Source: Octopus sinensis (lineage: Eukaryota). Taken from it: DNA of 64,000 bases. Below the pieces are notes generated by a model. The model searched no databases. It saw only the letters and a program-made list of their open reading frames with translations, and was not told where the DNA came from. The stretch is from the NCBI RefSeq assembly GCF_006345805.1, contig NC_043001.1, forward strand, positions 71,796,001 to 71,860,000, read 5' to 3'. The position numbers and the translations under genes are program-made. This document shows, one piece after another, positions 12,841 to 26,859 of the stretch. Numbering within the stretch: position 1 is the first letter of the stretch; each line of letters opens with the position of its first letter.

Positions 12841-13319
12841 GGTTGGTTTCGCTTAAATTCATTGGAGATAAGAAGACGTAGATAAGACATAAATTCAATT
12901 GTGAAAAGTATTTCCAGCTTCTATTGAAAAATTTCCAGTGTTTTTAGCTGAAGGAAATTGTTGATTCGTCTCTCCAAGCTTCATTTATGTATTTTTTTAA
13001 AGCAATTCCTCATTAAGACACTATACTATAATGTAATGTTCCTGCTGTTCTTGTTCTTATTGTTGTCGTTATCGATGATGTTTAGCCTAAGGACATTTCT
13101 AACCCACCAAATCAAATGACCCAGTTGTGATTATAATAACAGCCGACATTTTTTCTCGGATATTTTGTTATATATAACGATTTCTTCTTTTTTTACAGAA
13201 TATATAGGGTAATTTGAGCTTGTTATTGGCTGTTATTTCTAATAGGCAGAATGCACGCATAAAGTACCCACCTACGTAGTACATCTAGTTCTTATAGTGG
13301 TTATGACAGTTTTTATTTT

Positions 13320-13327
13320 GCAGCAGC

Positions 13328-13358
<31 letters not shown>

Positions 13359-13600
13359 AGTAGGAGGAGGAGGAGGAGGAGGAGGAGGAGGAGGAGGGGA
13401 GGGGAAGAGGAGGGGGAGGACGACGAGCAACGAGCAGGAGGAACGACGAGGACGACAAGCAGGAGGAGCAGGAGGAGGAGGTAGAGAAGGAGGTAGAAGT
13501 GGATGAAGAAGAAGAAGAAAAAGAAGAAGAAGAAGAAGAAGAAGAAGAAGAAGAAGAAGAAGAAGAGTAGGAGGTGGAGGAAGAGAAGGCAGCAGGATGG
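13320..13600. repeat. Compound trinucleotide tract (GTA/GGA/GAA)
   Basis: Directly visible. Confidence 0.95.
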
Positions 13601-13820
13601 TGGTTGTGCATGATGATTCAGCTTCAAGTGTGTTCCAGCCGTAACTACCTTGCATTTTTTCAGCTCTTAATGTATTTCTAAATGGTATACATGTGTGTGC
13701 GTGTGTGTGTATGCATTCGTATATATGAATGTATGTGTATGCATATTTATGAATACGTGTATATATGTGTGTATGTGTGTGTGTGTGTGTGTGTGTGAGC
13801 GTGTGTCGATATATATATAT

Positions 13821-13851
<31 letters not shown>

Positions 13852-13861
13852 ACAATTATAA

Positions 13862-13899
<38 letters not shown>

Positions 13900-14794
13900 T
13901 ATATATATCTAATTATATATATATATATATATGTACTTATACATATATGTAATACATATTAAATTTATATATTTATTTATAACTTATAAATGAATATTTT
14001 ATTTTTATTAAATATAAATTTACCTTTATTTATCTTTCCTCAATCATCTCTATTTTTACTTTACTTATTGATCTAGTTTTATTTTATTTACTTTATCCCT
14101 AATCATGTTATAATCAATCTGTAAACCCTTCACCGAGCATGTAATAATACAAATTATAAACCGTAATATTTAGTCTGCTGAAATGAATTGACAGGTCCAC
14201 ATATAATATCCCATGGTACATCCTTTTTCTCTGATGAAACTATGCTCATATCACATAAATGCATATTTAATGTACAAATTTGTAAATATATTATTGAGTA
14301 TTAATTGAAACGGCTGTAAGAAGCGAAGATGACCAACTTGTTAATAATAAATAAGTGTTAACTTTCTTACCTCCATTTTCTTTTCTTCTTTAACTGGATC
14401 TAAACTATATGCTTAATATACACCTATTGTGTTAAGGGAATTTCATTCCCCAACAACACAAGGTATAGAACCAGTATTTCCTTGGATGCAACCATCCCTT
14501 CATGAGGTTGACATATCCTCTAATTAAATTATATATGTGTGTGTGTGCGTATGTGTACATATATATATATATATACATATATATAATTTACATATATATA
14601 TATGCATGTGTGTGTGTGTATATATATATATACCGATTTAAAATTTTGGCACAGTGCCAACAGTTTCGGAGGTAGGAGGTAAGTCGATTACATTGACCTT
14701 AGTGTTCAACTGGCACTTCGTTCCAGCGCACGATCTCAGATCATGTCACTTGCTACGCAGGTACATCTCCGTAAGATATATATTTATATGTATG

Positions 14795-14840
<46 letters not shown>

Positions 14841-15015
14841 ATATATATATATATATCAATTTCCAGCATTCAGGAGAATCAGGTACTTAATAGTAAAGCA
14901 CCAAGGTCAGGTCGGTGATAGCGATATCGTGTACAAACAACATTTAAGGACAAATACTCACTAAATTAAACACGAATTTGTACTCCGGTTGTGCATACAT
15001 TCACAAATGGCTTAC

Positions 15016-15168
15016 CAAATATACAACGAATCATCAAGGTCACACATGGGCACACTCACTGCACCTATTGCACCGCATTCTACATCCATACGAATTGCAA
15101 GTTCCGAGTTAAGAGCCTGCAATTTTTCCATGATGAAACATTTTTGTTCATCAATAAAAAAAAAACGG
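15016..15168 (-). CDS. Weak candidate internal exon (153 nt, phase 2-2), product unknown
   Basis: Acceptor tgtttcag and donor gtaagc flank an open frame RFFFIDEQKCFIMEKLQALNSELAIRMDVECGAIGAVSVPMCDLDDSLYI. No homology was recognised. Confidence 0.2.
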
Positions 15169-15264
15169 CTGAAACAGTAGTAGTGTACCGCAAACCATCT
15201 GTTGTTATTTGTTTATCCTTCACCGAAATCGGAACCTGGAATTCGTTTGAATCTAGAGTATATA

Positions 15265-15300
<36 letters not shown>

Positions 15301-15800
15301 CGCGCGCGCATTGTTTTTGTTTTCTTTGTCAATCGTCATGGCGAAAAAGTTTTGTAAACGTGTTAAGCGATAAAGAAAATTCCGTTTTGCGGCTTCACAA
15401 TGGCCGGTGTTTAAGAGTGCATAGGTTGACCTATTTTATTGAAATGATTCATCAAAGTCTAAAATTAAGGAACATGCAAAAAACAAAATTTGAATTTTAG
15501 TATTATTTAGATATATTCTTCTTTCAAGAGCACTGACGTTTGTAACTTCATGGGCTCTCGATTCTCCTTTCAAGCATGAAATTATTCATTATCATAGCAT
15601 TTTGATATACCTGTGTTGTTTTTTCAGTGCCACGTTTATTGTTTTTAATCTATATATGTGTGATGTGTGATGTGTGTGAGTGTAAGTGTGTGCAAAATAC
15701 TTCATATGCATACATATATTTATATAATATTTTTATAGACAATAAATAATGCAAAAGATATGTGTGTGTGTGTGTACACACACTCATACCACATACATAA

Positions 15801-15846
<46 letters not shown>

Positions 15847-15893
15847 ATATACATATATATATATGTGTGTGTGTGTATGTATGTGTATATATA

Positions 15894-15927
<34 letters not shown>

Positions 15928-16059
15928 GTATGTATATATATATATATATTCAATAATATATAATATATATATTATATATATATATATAATATATATATAT
16001 ATATAATATATATATATATATTCATATATAGTAATAATACTGATAATGTGATAATGATA

Positions 16060-16210
16060 AGAAGAAGAAGAGAAAAAGAAGAAGAAGAAGAAGAAGAAGA
16101 AGAAAAGAAGAAGAAGAGAAGAAGAAGAAGAAGAAAAGAAGAAGAAGAAGAAGAAGAAGAGAAGAAGAAGAAGAAGAAGAAAAGAAGAAGAAGAAGAAGG
16201 AAGAAGAAGA
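16060..16210. repeat. (AAG)n microsatellite
   Basis: Directly visible. Confidence 0.97.
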
Positions 16211-16479
16211 ATCCATGGTTGCAATTTATAAATATTTTAACGCATTGCTACGCACGTTTCCATGGTTCACATGTTCCTTCCGATCATAGTCCGTATTCTT
16301 GGTATGATTACAGTACAATCCGCTGTATCCATGGACAACTTGTGGATCTTAGTTCATCTTAGTTCATTCTTCGGGCGATATGGTATTAAAGTTGGAAGTA
16401 ACGAATATTTAATTGAAAGATGTTTATCAATCGTGGAAACGCGCGTTGTGATGCATTGAAGTAATTATATATTCTATAG

Positions 16480-16655
16480 AATCGTTAACACACTAGGCGG
16501 AAGGCTTAGCAGTATTTCGTCAGTCCTTATGTTCTCAATTCACATTCCGGTGAGGTCGACTTTGCCTTTCAACCTCTCGGAGATCAATAAATTAAGTACC
16601 AGTTGAACACTGGGGTCGATGTAATCGACTAGCACCCTCCCCCAAAATTCCTAAC
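16480..16655 (+). mobile_element. SINE family A copy
   Basis: GAGGTCGACTTTGCCTTTCA..AAATTAAGTACCAGTTGAACACTGGGGTCGATGTAATCGACT. Confidence 0.85.
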
Positions 16656-16672
16656 CTTATTATTATTATTAT

Positions 16673-16740
<68 letters not shown>

Positions 16741-17250
16741 TCATTATTATATTTATACTACGTTATAACGACACAGCTCTGTACATAACACTGCTATTAC
16801 AAGTTGGTGTCATTGGGCCTTAGTCGACTCAATAACAGGATATTTTATATGCGTACTAAAAAACGTTTCCCGAACTTAAAGGTATATATGTTTATATACA
16901 CACCATTTTTACCATTTTACTGAATCAACCACTGATTCCTATGGTATTTTGTACAAATTGACAGAGCGAGTGAACGTAACCCTAGGCAATGGAGTAGCGT
17001 CACCGATAAGGATTAATTCTATCCGACATCACCGGTGATCTGACGCATCTCGCTTGTTGTAGGGAGTTTGTCAGTCAAGAGATAGTGCCTTGTCCGTTGC
17101 TAAAAGTTGTTTTGGCTCTAATTTCTAGCAATGTTGGTGCTGATTTGCACCCTTCGTCAATTTAGTGACAAGTGTACTTTTACCTTTTGGTTTTAAATTT
17201 TGACTAGCCACTTTAATAATTTGTGTCTAAATATATATAAATATATATAT

Positions 17251-17349
<99 letters not shown>

Positions 17350-17424
17350 TAGATGTGTGTATATGTATATGTATATATATGTGTGTATATATGTGTATAA
17401 GTGTATGTGTGAGTGTGTACATAC

Positions 17425-17590
17425 ACGACAGACTTCTTTCAGTTACCGCCTACCAAATCCACTCACAAAACCTTGGCCTGTCCGGGGCTATAGAAGAAGG
17501 CACTTGCCTAAGGCGACACGCAGTGGGACTGAACCCAGAACTATGCGGTTGACAAGCAAACTTCTTACCACATGGCCACACCTGTACCTA
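17425..17590 (-). mobile_element. SINE family B, 5' half
   Basis: Reverse complement matches the head of the full copies at 47631 and 51732 (GTGGTAAG..GGTTCAGTCCCACTGCGT..CCTTAGGCAAGTG). Confidence 0.85.
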
Positions 17591-18242
17591 TATGTCTACT
17601 TATCAACAGGATTTTTGTTTTGATGTCTATTTAATTTTAAACGATAGTTGCTAGAGATGAGCTTCCTGATCAAACCTTTTGAAAAGACTTCTAAACTAAA
17701 TGCTCCTTTCCTATTTAAGCTTACAACAAACTTAAACTCGATCAGAAGTGTTTATTCTTCTGATGGGTTTATCCATGATTATATTTGAAGACCGTTTATT
17801 ATTTCAAGACCGTTTATTCCGTTTTGTTTTATTATTCCAATTGTCATTCTTAACTTTCTGATGTGTGTATAATTTAAACTGTATATTTTGCATATAACAG
17901 CCACATGTTATACAAATAACTATTAAGTGTATGTCCATACAGTCGTTTCGTTTTGTCTTGTCTGCATTCAAAAGTTCATTGCACTTTATTTTGTTTGTAT
18001 TACATCCTGACCTCATTTACACACATTGTGCATTATTTGAAAGATATATTTTGTACAGAATAATAGTCATACATGTAGGGACAAAACCAGCAATATTAAT
18101 TGCATACGATTAGTCGATTACATTGACTCTACTACTTGACTGGCGTCTATTTTATTGGCCCAGGAGGGTTGAAAGGCAAAGATGATGTTAGCGGGATTTC
18201 AACTCAGAACATAAAGAAACAATTATTATTATTATTATTATT

Positions 18243-18797
18243 GAGTGAGTGAGCAGAGCATGCCATCAAAGTGACACTGGGGTAAAATATACGAAGCCCA
18301 GTATACCCATCATGACTACCCGTCTGATAAGGGTACACCAGGCACATGCATCACAACCATATGTGCGCGACATGGTGATCTCATATCAAGATAAACAGCA
18401 CATGACCTTGCAGGTGGAGCCCAGTTAGAATTTTCTTCAGATCGAGTAACCCATCCCGCTCAAAAGGTCCCTGAATAAGGGTTGTTTAAGGACGTTGAAC
18501 GAAACACCCATGTTTCCAGAGGTGAATTATTCAAACCCCAAAGAATCCTTCTCAACACATGGCTATGATGCTCCCCCACTACTTCTGCTCGTGATCAGAG
18601 ATGCACATATCGTCAGCCACTAAGGGACATGCTCAACTGGTTAAGGTCAAACAACTGACAAGCAAATCTGTGGTATTGAGCAGAATATTTGCTGTAGCCC
18701 ATCTTTTATACCAAGACAAAACAATGTACATGATAACACTTTCAATCAGTTAAGATCAGAAGCCATGAGAGCCACTGCCTGGTACTGCATCAGGGCA

Positions 18798-18798
<1 letters not shown>
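18243..18798 (-). mobile_element. Family C element (~556 bp, non-coding), flanked on both sides by (ATT)n; strand inferred
   Basis: Colinear with 22301-22855 and 38258-38786. No substantial ORF or recognisable tRNA head. Confidence 0.9.
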
Positions 18799-18854
<56 letters not shown>

Positions 18855-18862
18855 CATCATCA

Positions 18863-18906
<44 letters not shown>

Positions 18907-18909
<3 letters not shown>

Positions 18910-20790
18910 ATACGCACTACAGATTAGACTGTTGGAAAAGAAAAATTCCTGACATCGGGCTATAACAAGTAACCTCAGATGTCAAGAACCCTCCTAGCTG
19001 TCCCTAATAACAGTTTTCCAGTGCCTATTTCCTCCACCCATCTGTTCAAATCTTTAGAGATAGTTCCTAATGTACCTTTAACTTGTGGGATACATTTTAC
19101 CCGCACTTTCCATAGTCTCTGTAATTTATTGGCTAGGTCCTGGTACTTTGCTATTTTTTCTATACCTCACATATTGATTTTCTCATCATTCGGCACTTTT
19201 TATTGTCTTTATCTACTACTACTAAATCAGGCCTTCTAGCTTCTATTACTCTGTTATTCTGAACGTTAAAATCCCACAACATCTTATATTTCTTACTTTC
19301 TGGTACTCTACTAGGTTCATGTTCATACCATTTACCAGTATGTTCAAATCCTAGCTTTCTACATATCTCCCAGTGAATTGCGTTCCCTAGATTGTTATTT
19401 CTTTTCTTGTATTCTTTCTCTGCCAGTATGCTACATTCACTTACTATATGAGTAACACCTTCCTCTTTGGGAATCTACTTGGTTTCTGTCTATCTTGGTT
19501 TTTATCCAATTGGTCCTCAGTGTTTGATCTTGTGTTGCTGCTAACAAACTTTCTGACCCCTTTTCAGCCTTCCTTTCTGCAACCATAACTATGTCTCACT
19601 ACAACTATTTGCTGCAACTATCTTTAGAAAGCTACCATGCAAAGCCTTCTCGTGTCAGTTAGATAACTTTTGTTCTTTTTTCTGATATTTAAATTCACAT
19701 GGCTTTTTTTTTCACTAGATTCAGCCTATTTAGCTTCATTAGCTTCCTTACCATTCTGATGTGCTCCTTCTTAATTTTCGTTTTCATTTCTATAGTTAGT
19801 ACTCTGTCAGATTGTAACACTCCTAGATACTTATAACTCTCTCCTCCTTTCAATGATTTTAATGTCTGGCCATCTAGTAATTGGATGCCTTCACTGTTGA
19901 CTAATATTGCACACTTATCTATGCCAAATTCCATGCCTATAACTTTGCTGAAGAATCTTACAGTCTGTATTAAGGAATCATCTATGTAGAGCAAATAGTT
20001 AATTTTTCCCTTACTATTTCTAAACTGGTAAACTTCCTTAATACTAAACTGAAGGGTATCAAAAATAAGATTAAAGTGGATAATGAGACTCCGTGGAAAA
20101 TTCCTCTCTTGATATTAACTTTCCCTAAGACTGTGTCACTTTGGTAGAACTCCGCTTTCCATTTCTTCATGCTAAAGCTAATTAATTCTCTTATGTTGTC
20201 TGCAATACTGAATATATTCAAACATTCACTTGTCCATGAATGTGAGATCATGTCATAGGCTTTCTTATAATCTATCCTTGCCATTGTTAGATTTTTCTTT
20301 CTAGCTTTTACTTCACTTAGAACTGCTTTGTCTATGTGTAATAGATCATGCGTTCCTCTAGCCTTCTTCCAACAACCTTTCTGTTCTTCTGGCAGTAAAT
20401 TCTGGTTGTCAAAGTGCTAGTAAATGCTTTCTGAAAGCATCCCTGTTGACAGTTTCCACACTGATGGTAAGCAAAGGATTGGTCTATAATTGCTAGGTGT
20501 ATTGCCCTTGCTTTTGTCTTTCACATGGAGTACTGTTCTCTCTCTCGTCATCTAGTCTAGTATTATTCCTCATCCAGTCTAGTATTATTCCTTAAGGCAC
20601 TTCTGAATTTGTTCCCTCAGCCTCCCAAGTAAGTTACTGAATTCCTTTAACCAGTATCCTTGAGCTAAATCCTGTCCTCGGCCCTTCCAATTCGGCATTT
20701 TTCCTCGCACTATACTCATTAATGCACTTGTTAGTCTTAGATCTAGCTGCTTCTTACTCACTACTTCTCTCATTTTCTCCTTTTTATTAT
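18907..20790 (-). mobile_element. Degenerate R4/Dong-clade LINE fragment (RT to RLE) with internal deletion and (TAA)n at the 3' end
   Basis: MPNWKGRGQDLAQGYWLK, YRPILCLP, PEEQKGC, IDYKKAYD, KRGIFHGVSLS, LLYIDD, GIDKCA, YKYLGVLQ, C-terminal LLLGTARRVLDI*, then a short 3'UTR running into the repeat. Confidence 0.93.
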
Positions 20791-20810
20791 TATCATTATG
20801 TAAAAAAGAC

Positions 20811-21625
20811 AAGGCGGCGAGATGGCAGAAACGTTAACACGCCGGGCGAAATGCTTAGCAGTATTTCGTCTGCCGCTACGTTCTGAGTTCAAATTCCGCC
20901 GAGGTCGACTTTGCCTTTCATCCGTTCGGGGTCGATTAAATAAGTACCAGTTACGCACTGGGGTCGATATAATCGACTTAATCCGTTTGTCTGTCCTTGT
21001 TTGTCCTCTCTGTGTTTAGCCCCTTTGTGGGTAGTAAAGAAATAGGTATTTCACCCGTCGCTACGTTCTGAGTTCCACTTCCACGGAGGTCGATTTTGCC
21101 TTTTATTCTTTCGGGCTCGATAAAATAAGTACCAGTTTAATACTAGGGTCGATGCAATCGACTCATCCCCCTCCCCAAAATTGCTGCCCTTGTGACAAAA
21201 TTTGAAACCATTATTCTTATTGTTATTATAAAGGCGACGAGATGGCAGAATTGTTAGCGCGCCGAGCGAAATGCGTAGCCGTATTTCGTCTGCCGTTACG
21301 TTCTAGGTTCAAATTCCACCGAGGTCGACTTTGCCTTTCATTATTTCGAGGTCGATACATTAAGTACCAGTTACGCACTGGGGTCGATATAATCAACTTA
21401 ATCCGTTTGTCTGTCCTTGTTTTTCCCCTCTGTGTTTTAACCTCTTGTGGGTAGTAACGAAATAGGTATTTCGCCTGTCGCTATGTTTTCAGTTCAAGTT
21501 CCACCGAGGTCGACATTGCCTTTCATCCTTTCGGGATCGACAAATCAAATATCAGCGAATCACTTGGGTCGATGTAATCGACATCTCCCCTCCTCAAAAC
21601 GTTCAACCCTTGTTCCTTTAGTAGA
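20811..21625 (+). mobile_element. Two tandem dimer-like SINE family A copies (20811-~21210 and 21231-~21625)
   Basis: Both start AAGGCG(G/A)CGAGATGGCAGAA and repeat the body twice. Confidence 0.92.
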
Positions 21626-21651
21626 AAGGATTATTATTATTATTATTATTA

Positions 21652-21688
<37 letters not shown>

Positions 21689-21689
21689 T

Positions 21690-22285
21690 ATGTTTGACTT
21701 TTGCTTTACATTTGTACAAGCTGGCTCCAAGTCTCACCCAGAGACCTCAAGAGATAACAAGTTGGAAATTCGTGTTGGTGTTATGCCTAGGGTGCCATAT
21801 ATTTGGTTTTATACTTAGTGTTGTACTAGTGAATGCCTAAAGACCATACGAGAATTATGTTTGTTTTAAAACTTGAGATTTCAAAGAAAGTATTTTGCGT
21901 AGGATATGAGCACTATCTTTTGAATTTCTGCCATTTTGGGGTTTCCTGGTATCTGAGTTAAATAGCAATCCACCCATTTTGCTATCATTCCCAAGGCACC
22001 TATGACAACAGGTATTGTTTTAGTCTTCAGGCTCCACATTTTGCTGATTTCTATTTCAAGATCTTTATATTTGGTCAGTTTTTGGTAGGTCTTGACAGAT
22101 ACCTTTATATCGATTGGGACAGTCATATCAATGAGGAGGCATGTTTTTTGTCTGAAGTCTTTCAATATGATGTCTGGCCTATTCGCATCTATCTTTCTGT
22201 CAGTTTGAATGGTGAAGTTCCAGATGAGTGAGATGTGATCATTTTCAAGCACTGGAAGTGGTTTGTGTTCCCACCAGTTATCATT
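21690..22285 (-). mobile_element. 3' fragment of an R4/Dong-clade LINE (RLE domain plus 3'UTR), with (TAA)n on both sides
   Basis: ORF 21881-22252: LIWNFTIQTDRKIDANRPDIILKD..CLLIDMTVPID..KLTKYKDLEIEISKMW..IPVVIGALG. Confidence 0.95.
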
Positions 22286-22300
22286 ATTATTATTATTATT

Positions 22301-22855
22301 GAGTGAGAGAGCAGTTCATGCCATCAAAGTGACACTGGGGTAAAATATACGAAGCCCAATATACCCATCATGACTACCCGTCTGATAAAGGTACACCAGG
22401 CACATGCATCACAACCATATGTGCGCGACATGGTGATCTCATATCAAGATAAACAGCACATGACCTTGCAGGTGGGGCCCAGTTAGAATTTTCTTCAGGT
22501 TGAGTAGCCCATCCTGCTCAAACGGTCCCTGAATAAGGGTTACTTTAGGATGTTGAACGAAACACCTATGTTTCCAGAGGTGAACCATTCAAACTCCAAG
22601 AATCCCTCTCAACACATGGCCATGATGCTCCCCCACTACTTCTGCTCGTGATCAGAGATGCACATATCGTCAGCCACTAAGGGACATGCTCAACTGGTTA
22701 AGGTCAAACAACTGACAAGCAAATCTGTGGTATTGAGCAGAATATTTGCTGTAGCCCATCTTTTATACCAAGACAAAACAATGTACATGATAACACTTCC
22801 AATCAGTTAAGATCAGAAGCCATGAGAGCCACTGCCTGGTACTGCATCAGGGCAT
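22301..22855 (-). mobile_element. Family C element, second copy, flanked by (ATT)n
   Basis: Colinear with 18243-18798 along its whole length. Confidence 0.9.
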
Positions 22856-22867
22856 TTATTATTATTA

Positions 22868-22925
<58 letters not shown>

Positions 22926-22933
22926 CATCATCA

Positions 22934-23011
<78 letters not shown>

Positions 23012-23013
<2 letters not shown>

Positions 23014-23700
23014 GTACTCTATACAATATGCGTGCAGTCCCAAGTAATGCCGATTTTTGCAATACACCTAGATTGTAGGGTTTTTCTAAAGTTTCCAGTT
23101 TTTTTTTCTTTTTCTTTTTCAGGTTGGGTGGTATTGTATCCAATGCTCCGATGACAATAAGGACAACCTTTCTCGTAGCTGCCACATCTTAGCGATCTCA
23201 ATTCTCAGATCTCCATATTTATCAATCTTTTTCTCTTTCTTTCATGATAATATGTTGATCTTCTAGCACTGCCTTGTCGATTATTAGGCACTCTTGTTTG
23301 CCCCTCCTAATGGTTACTATATCCAGTCTTCGGTGCTCTAATACCTCATCTGTCTGAACATCAAAGTCCCAGAGGATGTTTGCCTTCCTTTTTTCGTCCA
23401 TTACCTTTTCCGGTGTATGTTGGTACCAAGCACCCGTTACCTCGTATCCATACTTCCGACATAGTATCCAGTGAAGGCTTTGGGCTACCTTGTTGTGTCT
23501 GCGCTTGTACTCTTTCCGCGCAAGACTTTCATAAGCACTAACAATATGAGTTAAACTTTCGACCCTCTTCCACACATTCTGCAGGGGTTCGTTGCACTTG
23601 TGTGATATATATCCTTTTTCACTGAGTTGGTATTCAATGTCTGATCCTGGGCAGCGATGACTTACAGTATTCTTTTTATGTCACCCTTATTGAGCCACCT
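23012..23700 (-). mobile_element. R4/Dong-clade LINE fragment (CCHC knuckle plus RLE); 3'UTR absent, abuts (TAA)n
   Basis: IAAQDQTLNTN, CRMC..VESLTHIVS, YKRRHNKVAQSLHW, ILWDFDVQTDEVLEHRRLDIV and LQKSALLGTARIL. Confidence 0.93.
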
Positions 23701-23831
23701 CCGTCGTTTTGAGTTTAAATTCCATCGAAGTCAGCATTGCCCTTCATTCTTTCGGGGTCAATGAAATAAGTACTAGTCAAGCACTGAGGTCCTTGAAATC
23801 GACTTGCCTCTGTCTCCTCAAAATTGCTGGT

Positions 23832-23905
<74 letters not shown>

Positions 23906-24730
23906 TCTGCTGCTGCTACTACTACTACTGCCTCTACCGCTACCACCCTCACCCCGCTATTACTATTAACGCCACCACAACCACTACTAATACTACTATT
24001 ACTACTACTACAACCATTACTACTAGTGCATTTGCTGTTTTTGCAAATCTTAGAATTAAAAAAGCATGTTCTCCACTAAGGAATGGTTCACTGTTGCAAC
24101 AGCTTCATTTCCCTAACGCGTTTGGTTTGATATTTATTTTCCGTATAAAATATACCGTAAATATAAGATCTGATATTATCCTCATGTCCCCTATAAATCC
24201 GAAACCCCTTATTAAAATGAAACACTATTAATTTTAGCTTTGTAACATTTTATTTGTGATATGTTCATGTCCATCTTTTTTTCTTTTATCATTCATCACT
24301 AATATTGTTTTGTTTTGTGTCGTTTGGTTTTTCCGCGTCTATATTTACATATTGTTTTTGTTTTACGTTCATAATATGAATATGCAAACAGTCTTTCTTC
24401 TTTTTGTTTGCTTGTTTGCTTGTTTGTTTTTTGTTGTTGTTGTTTAATGGAACATTCTAGAGACAATAAGAAAACAGATTAAAGTAATTCAGATTTCGTT
24501 TCAAAATCACATGCAGTAATAAACAGAAGAATGAGGTTAAAAGATTGGCAAACTCTTTCAACTCTTTTATTTGCGGCTTTTCATATTCCGACATTGTTTT
24601 TATCTAGTTTTTCTTTCTTTTGCAAGTCGAGAACTTCCATGCATAAAACTGAACAAAAACTCATTAAAACTGAACAAAGTTTAATAACATAGTTAGTGGT
24701 GGTGGTAGTGGTCATGACGATGATGGTGGC

Positions 24731-24783
<53 letters not shown>

Positions 24784-24839
24784 CAGTAGTAGTAGTTATA
24801 GTGATGGTGAGGGGTGGTGATGATGTTGGTATCATTGTA

Positions 24840-26300
24840 GTGCTGTGGTGAGTGCATATTTATGAGAAATAATGCTGTGCGTTATGATGTAGCGAAGAAC
24901 GTTGAATGTAGTATTGAGATTTGATCTGTGATCTTGTACAGTGTGTTCTGTGTGTCGTGATATAATGTTGTGTGTTGTAATGAAAGGTTGTGTTGTGATG
25001 TAAAGTTGTGTTGCGTGTTATGATATAAGTGTTGTGGTGTAAGATTGTGTCGTGGTATAGCGTTGTCTTTTGTGATATAATGTATGTTGTAACATATGTG
25101 TGTTGTGGGGCAAGGTTATGTTGTGATACAGTGCTGTGTGTTGTGGTATAATGCTGTGTTTTGTGATATAGTGTTATGTGTTGTGTTGCAGGATTGTTTT
25201 GTAATATAGTATTGTGTGTTGAGATATAGTGTTGTGTGTTATACTGTATAATAATATTGTATGGTGTGATATAGTGTTGTGTGTTGTAGTGAATAATAAT
25301 ATCACTGTTGTAATGTAGCGCTGTGTCTTGTGTTGAAGTATAGTTTTGTCACTGAAGTGTTGTGGTGTAAGATTGTGTCGTGGTATAGCGTTGTCTTTTG
25401 TGATATAATGTATGTTGTAACATATGTGTGTTGTGGGGCAAGGTTATGTTGTGATACAGTGCTGTGTGTTGTGGTATAATGCTGTGTTTTGTGATATAGT
25501 GTTATGTGTTGTGTTGCAGGATTGTTTTGTAATATAGTATTGTGTGTTGAGATATAGTGTTGTGTGTTCTACTGTATAATAATATTGTATGGTGTGATAT
25601 AGTGTTGTGTGTTGTAGTGAATAATAATATCACTGTTGTAATGTAGCGCTGTGTTTTGTGTTGCAGTATAGTTTTGTCACTGTACTGCAACATAGCGTTG
25701 GGTGTCGGTATGTAGTATTGTATCTTGTGGTGTGGGATATTCTTGTTTGTTGCTATATAGTTTCAGGTGTTGTGAATTAGTGTTGTATAGTGTGATATAG
25801 ATTTTTGTACTATATAGAATTGTGTGTTGTGGTGTACTAGAGGGTTACGAGTTATGATATAGATTATATAATGATGTATAGCATTGTAGTTAGTGTTATA
25901 GTTTAGTCCTGTGTGTTGTCTGTACTGATGCAATGTTGTATGTTTTGATGTAGTATAGACGAATATGTTGTGGTACAGTGTTGTGTGTTGCCATGTAATG
26001 AAGCGCTGAGAGGTGCTCTAAGATATAGTTTATTGTGTTGTTATACGGTTACTTGACGTGATGTAGTGTCATATACCGTAACGTAGCATGGTGTTATATG
26101 TTGTGATGTAGCGTTGTTTTGCAGTAAAGTGTTGTATGGTGTAGTGTGTTCTAATGTAGTAATGAGTGTTTTGGTATAACAGTGGTATGCATTGTGGTGT
26201 AGTTGGTGTGTTATGATGAAGTACTAGGTGTTGTGGTGTAGTGTTGCAGATTATGGTATTGAATACTACTTTCTGTTGTGATATAACGTTCTACATTGGT
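24840..26300. repeat. TG-rich degenerate satellite containing a near-perfect 328-bp tandem duplication (25027-25354 / 25355-25682)
   Basis: TGTTGTG-like units are visible, and the two 328-bp blocks differ at only a few positions. Confidence 0.9.
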
Positions 26301-26510
26301 CTCAAATTTCAAATTTTGGCACGAGATCAGCTATTTTGGGAGAGGAAGTAAACCGATTTCATCGATCCCAGTGCTCAACTGATACTTATTTTATCAACCC
26401 CGAAAGGGATGAAAGGCAAAGTCGACCGCAGTGGAATTTGAACATAAAAACAGATGAAATGCTGCTAATTATTTGCCCGACGTGATAACGGTTCTGCCAG
26501 CTCATCGCCT
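26300..26510 (-). mobile_element. SINE family A copy
   Basis: GAAAGGCAAAGTCGACC..GGAATTTGAAC..TCTGCCAGCTCATCGCCTT. Confidence 0.8.
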
Positions 26511-26859
26511 TATACATAACGTTCTATATTACAATGTAATGGTACGTGTTGTGACGTAATACAGTGTTCTGTACCCTTGTTGTATTGCGTGTTGTGGTAT
26601 ACCTTTTGTTCTGTGCTATATTTTTGTTGCCATTGTTGCTCTTATTGTTTAATTCAAGATCAACGCTGCTTGAGGACATTATGATCAAACTCATTCTAGA
26701 TGTGACCATTCGGTATTATATTATGTATATTTAAAACTACGTTTTTTAATGTATTCTTCTATTTTTAAAACAGCATAATGTAATCTGAATGAAATTTGAC
26801 TACTATTTCTAACAGGTTAACAGGTTGAGCGACCGAGAAGAGGATTCTTCGTGGGCTCA

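Noticed and set aside
14989-15180. NESSRSH resembling kinesin switch I (NxxSSRSH)
   Set aside because: The spacing is one residue short and no other kinesin motif is nearby.
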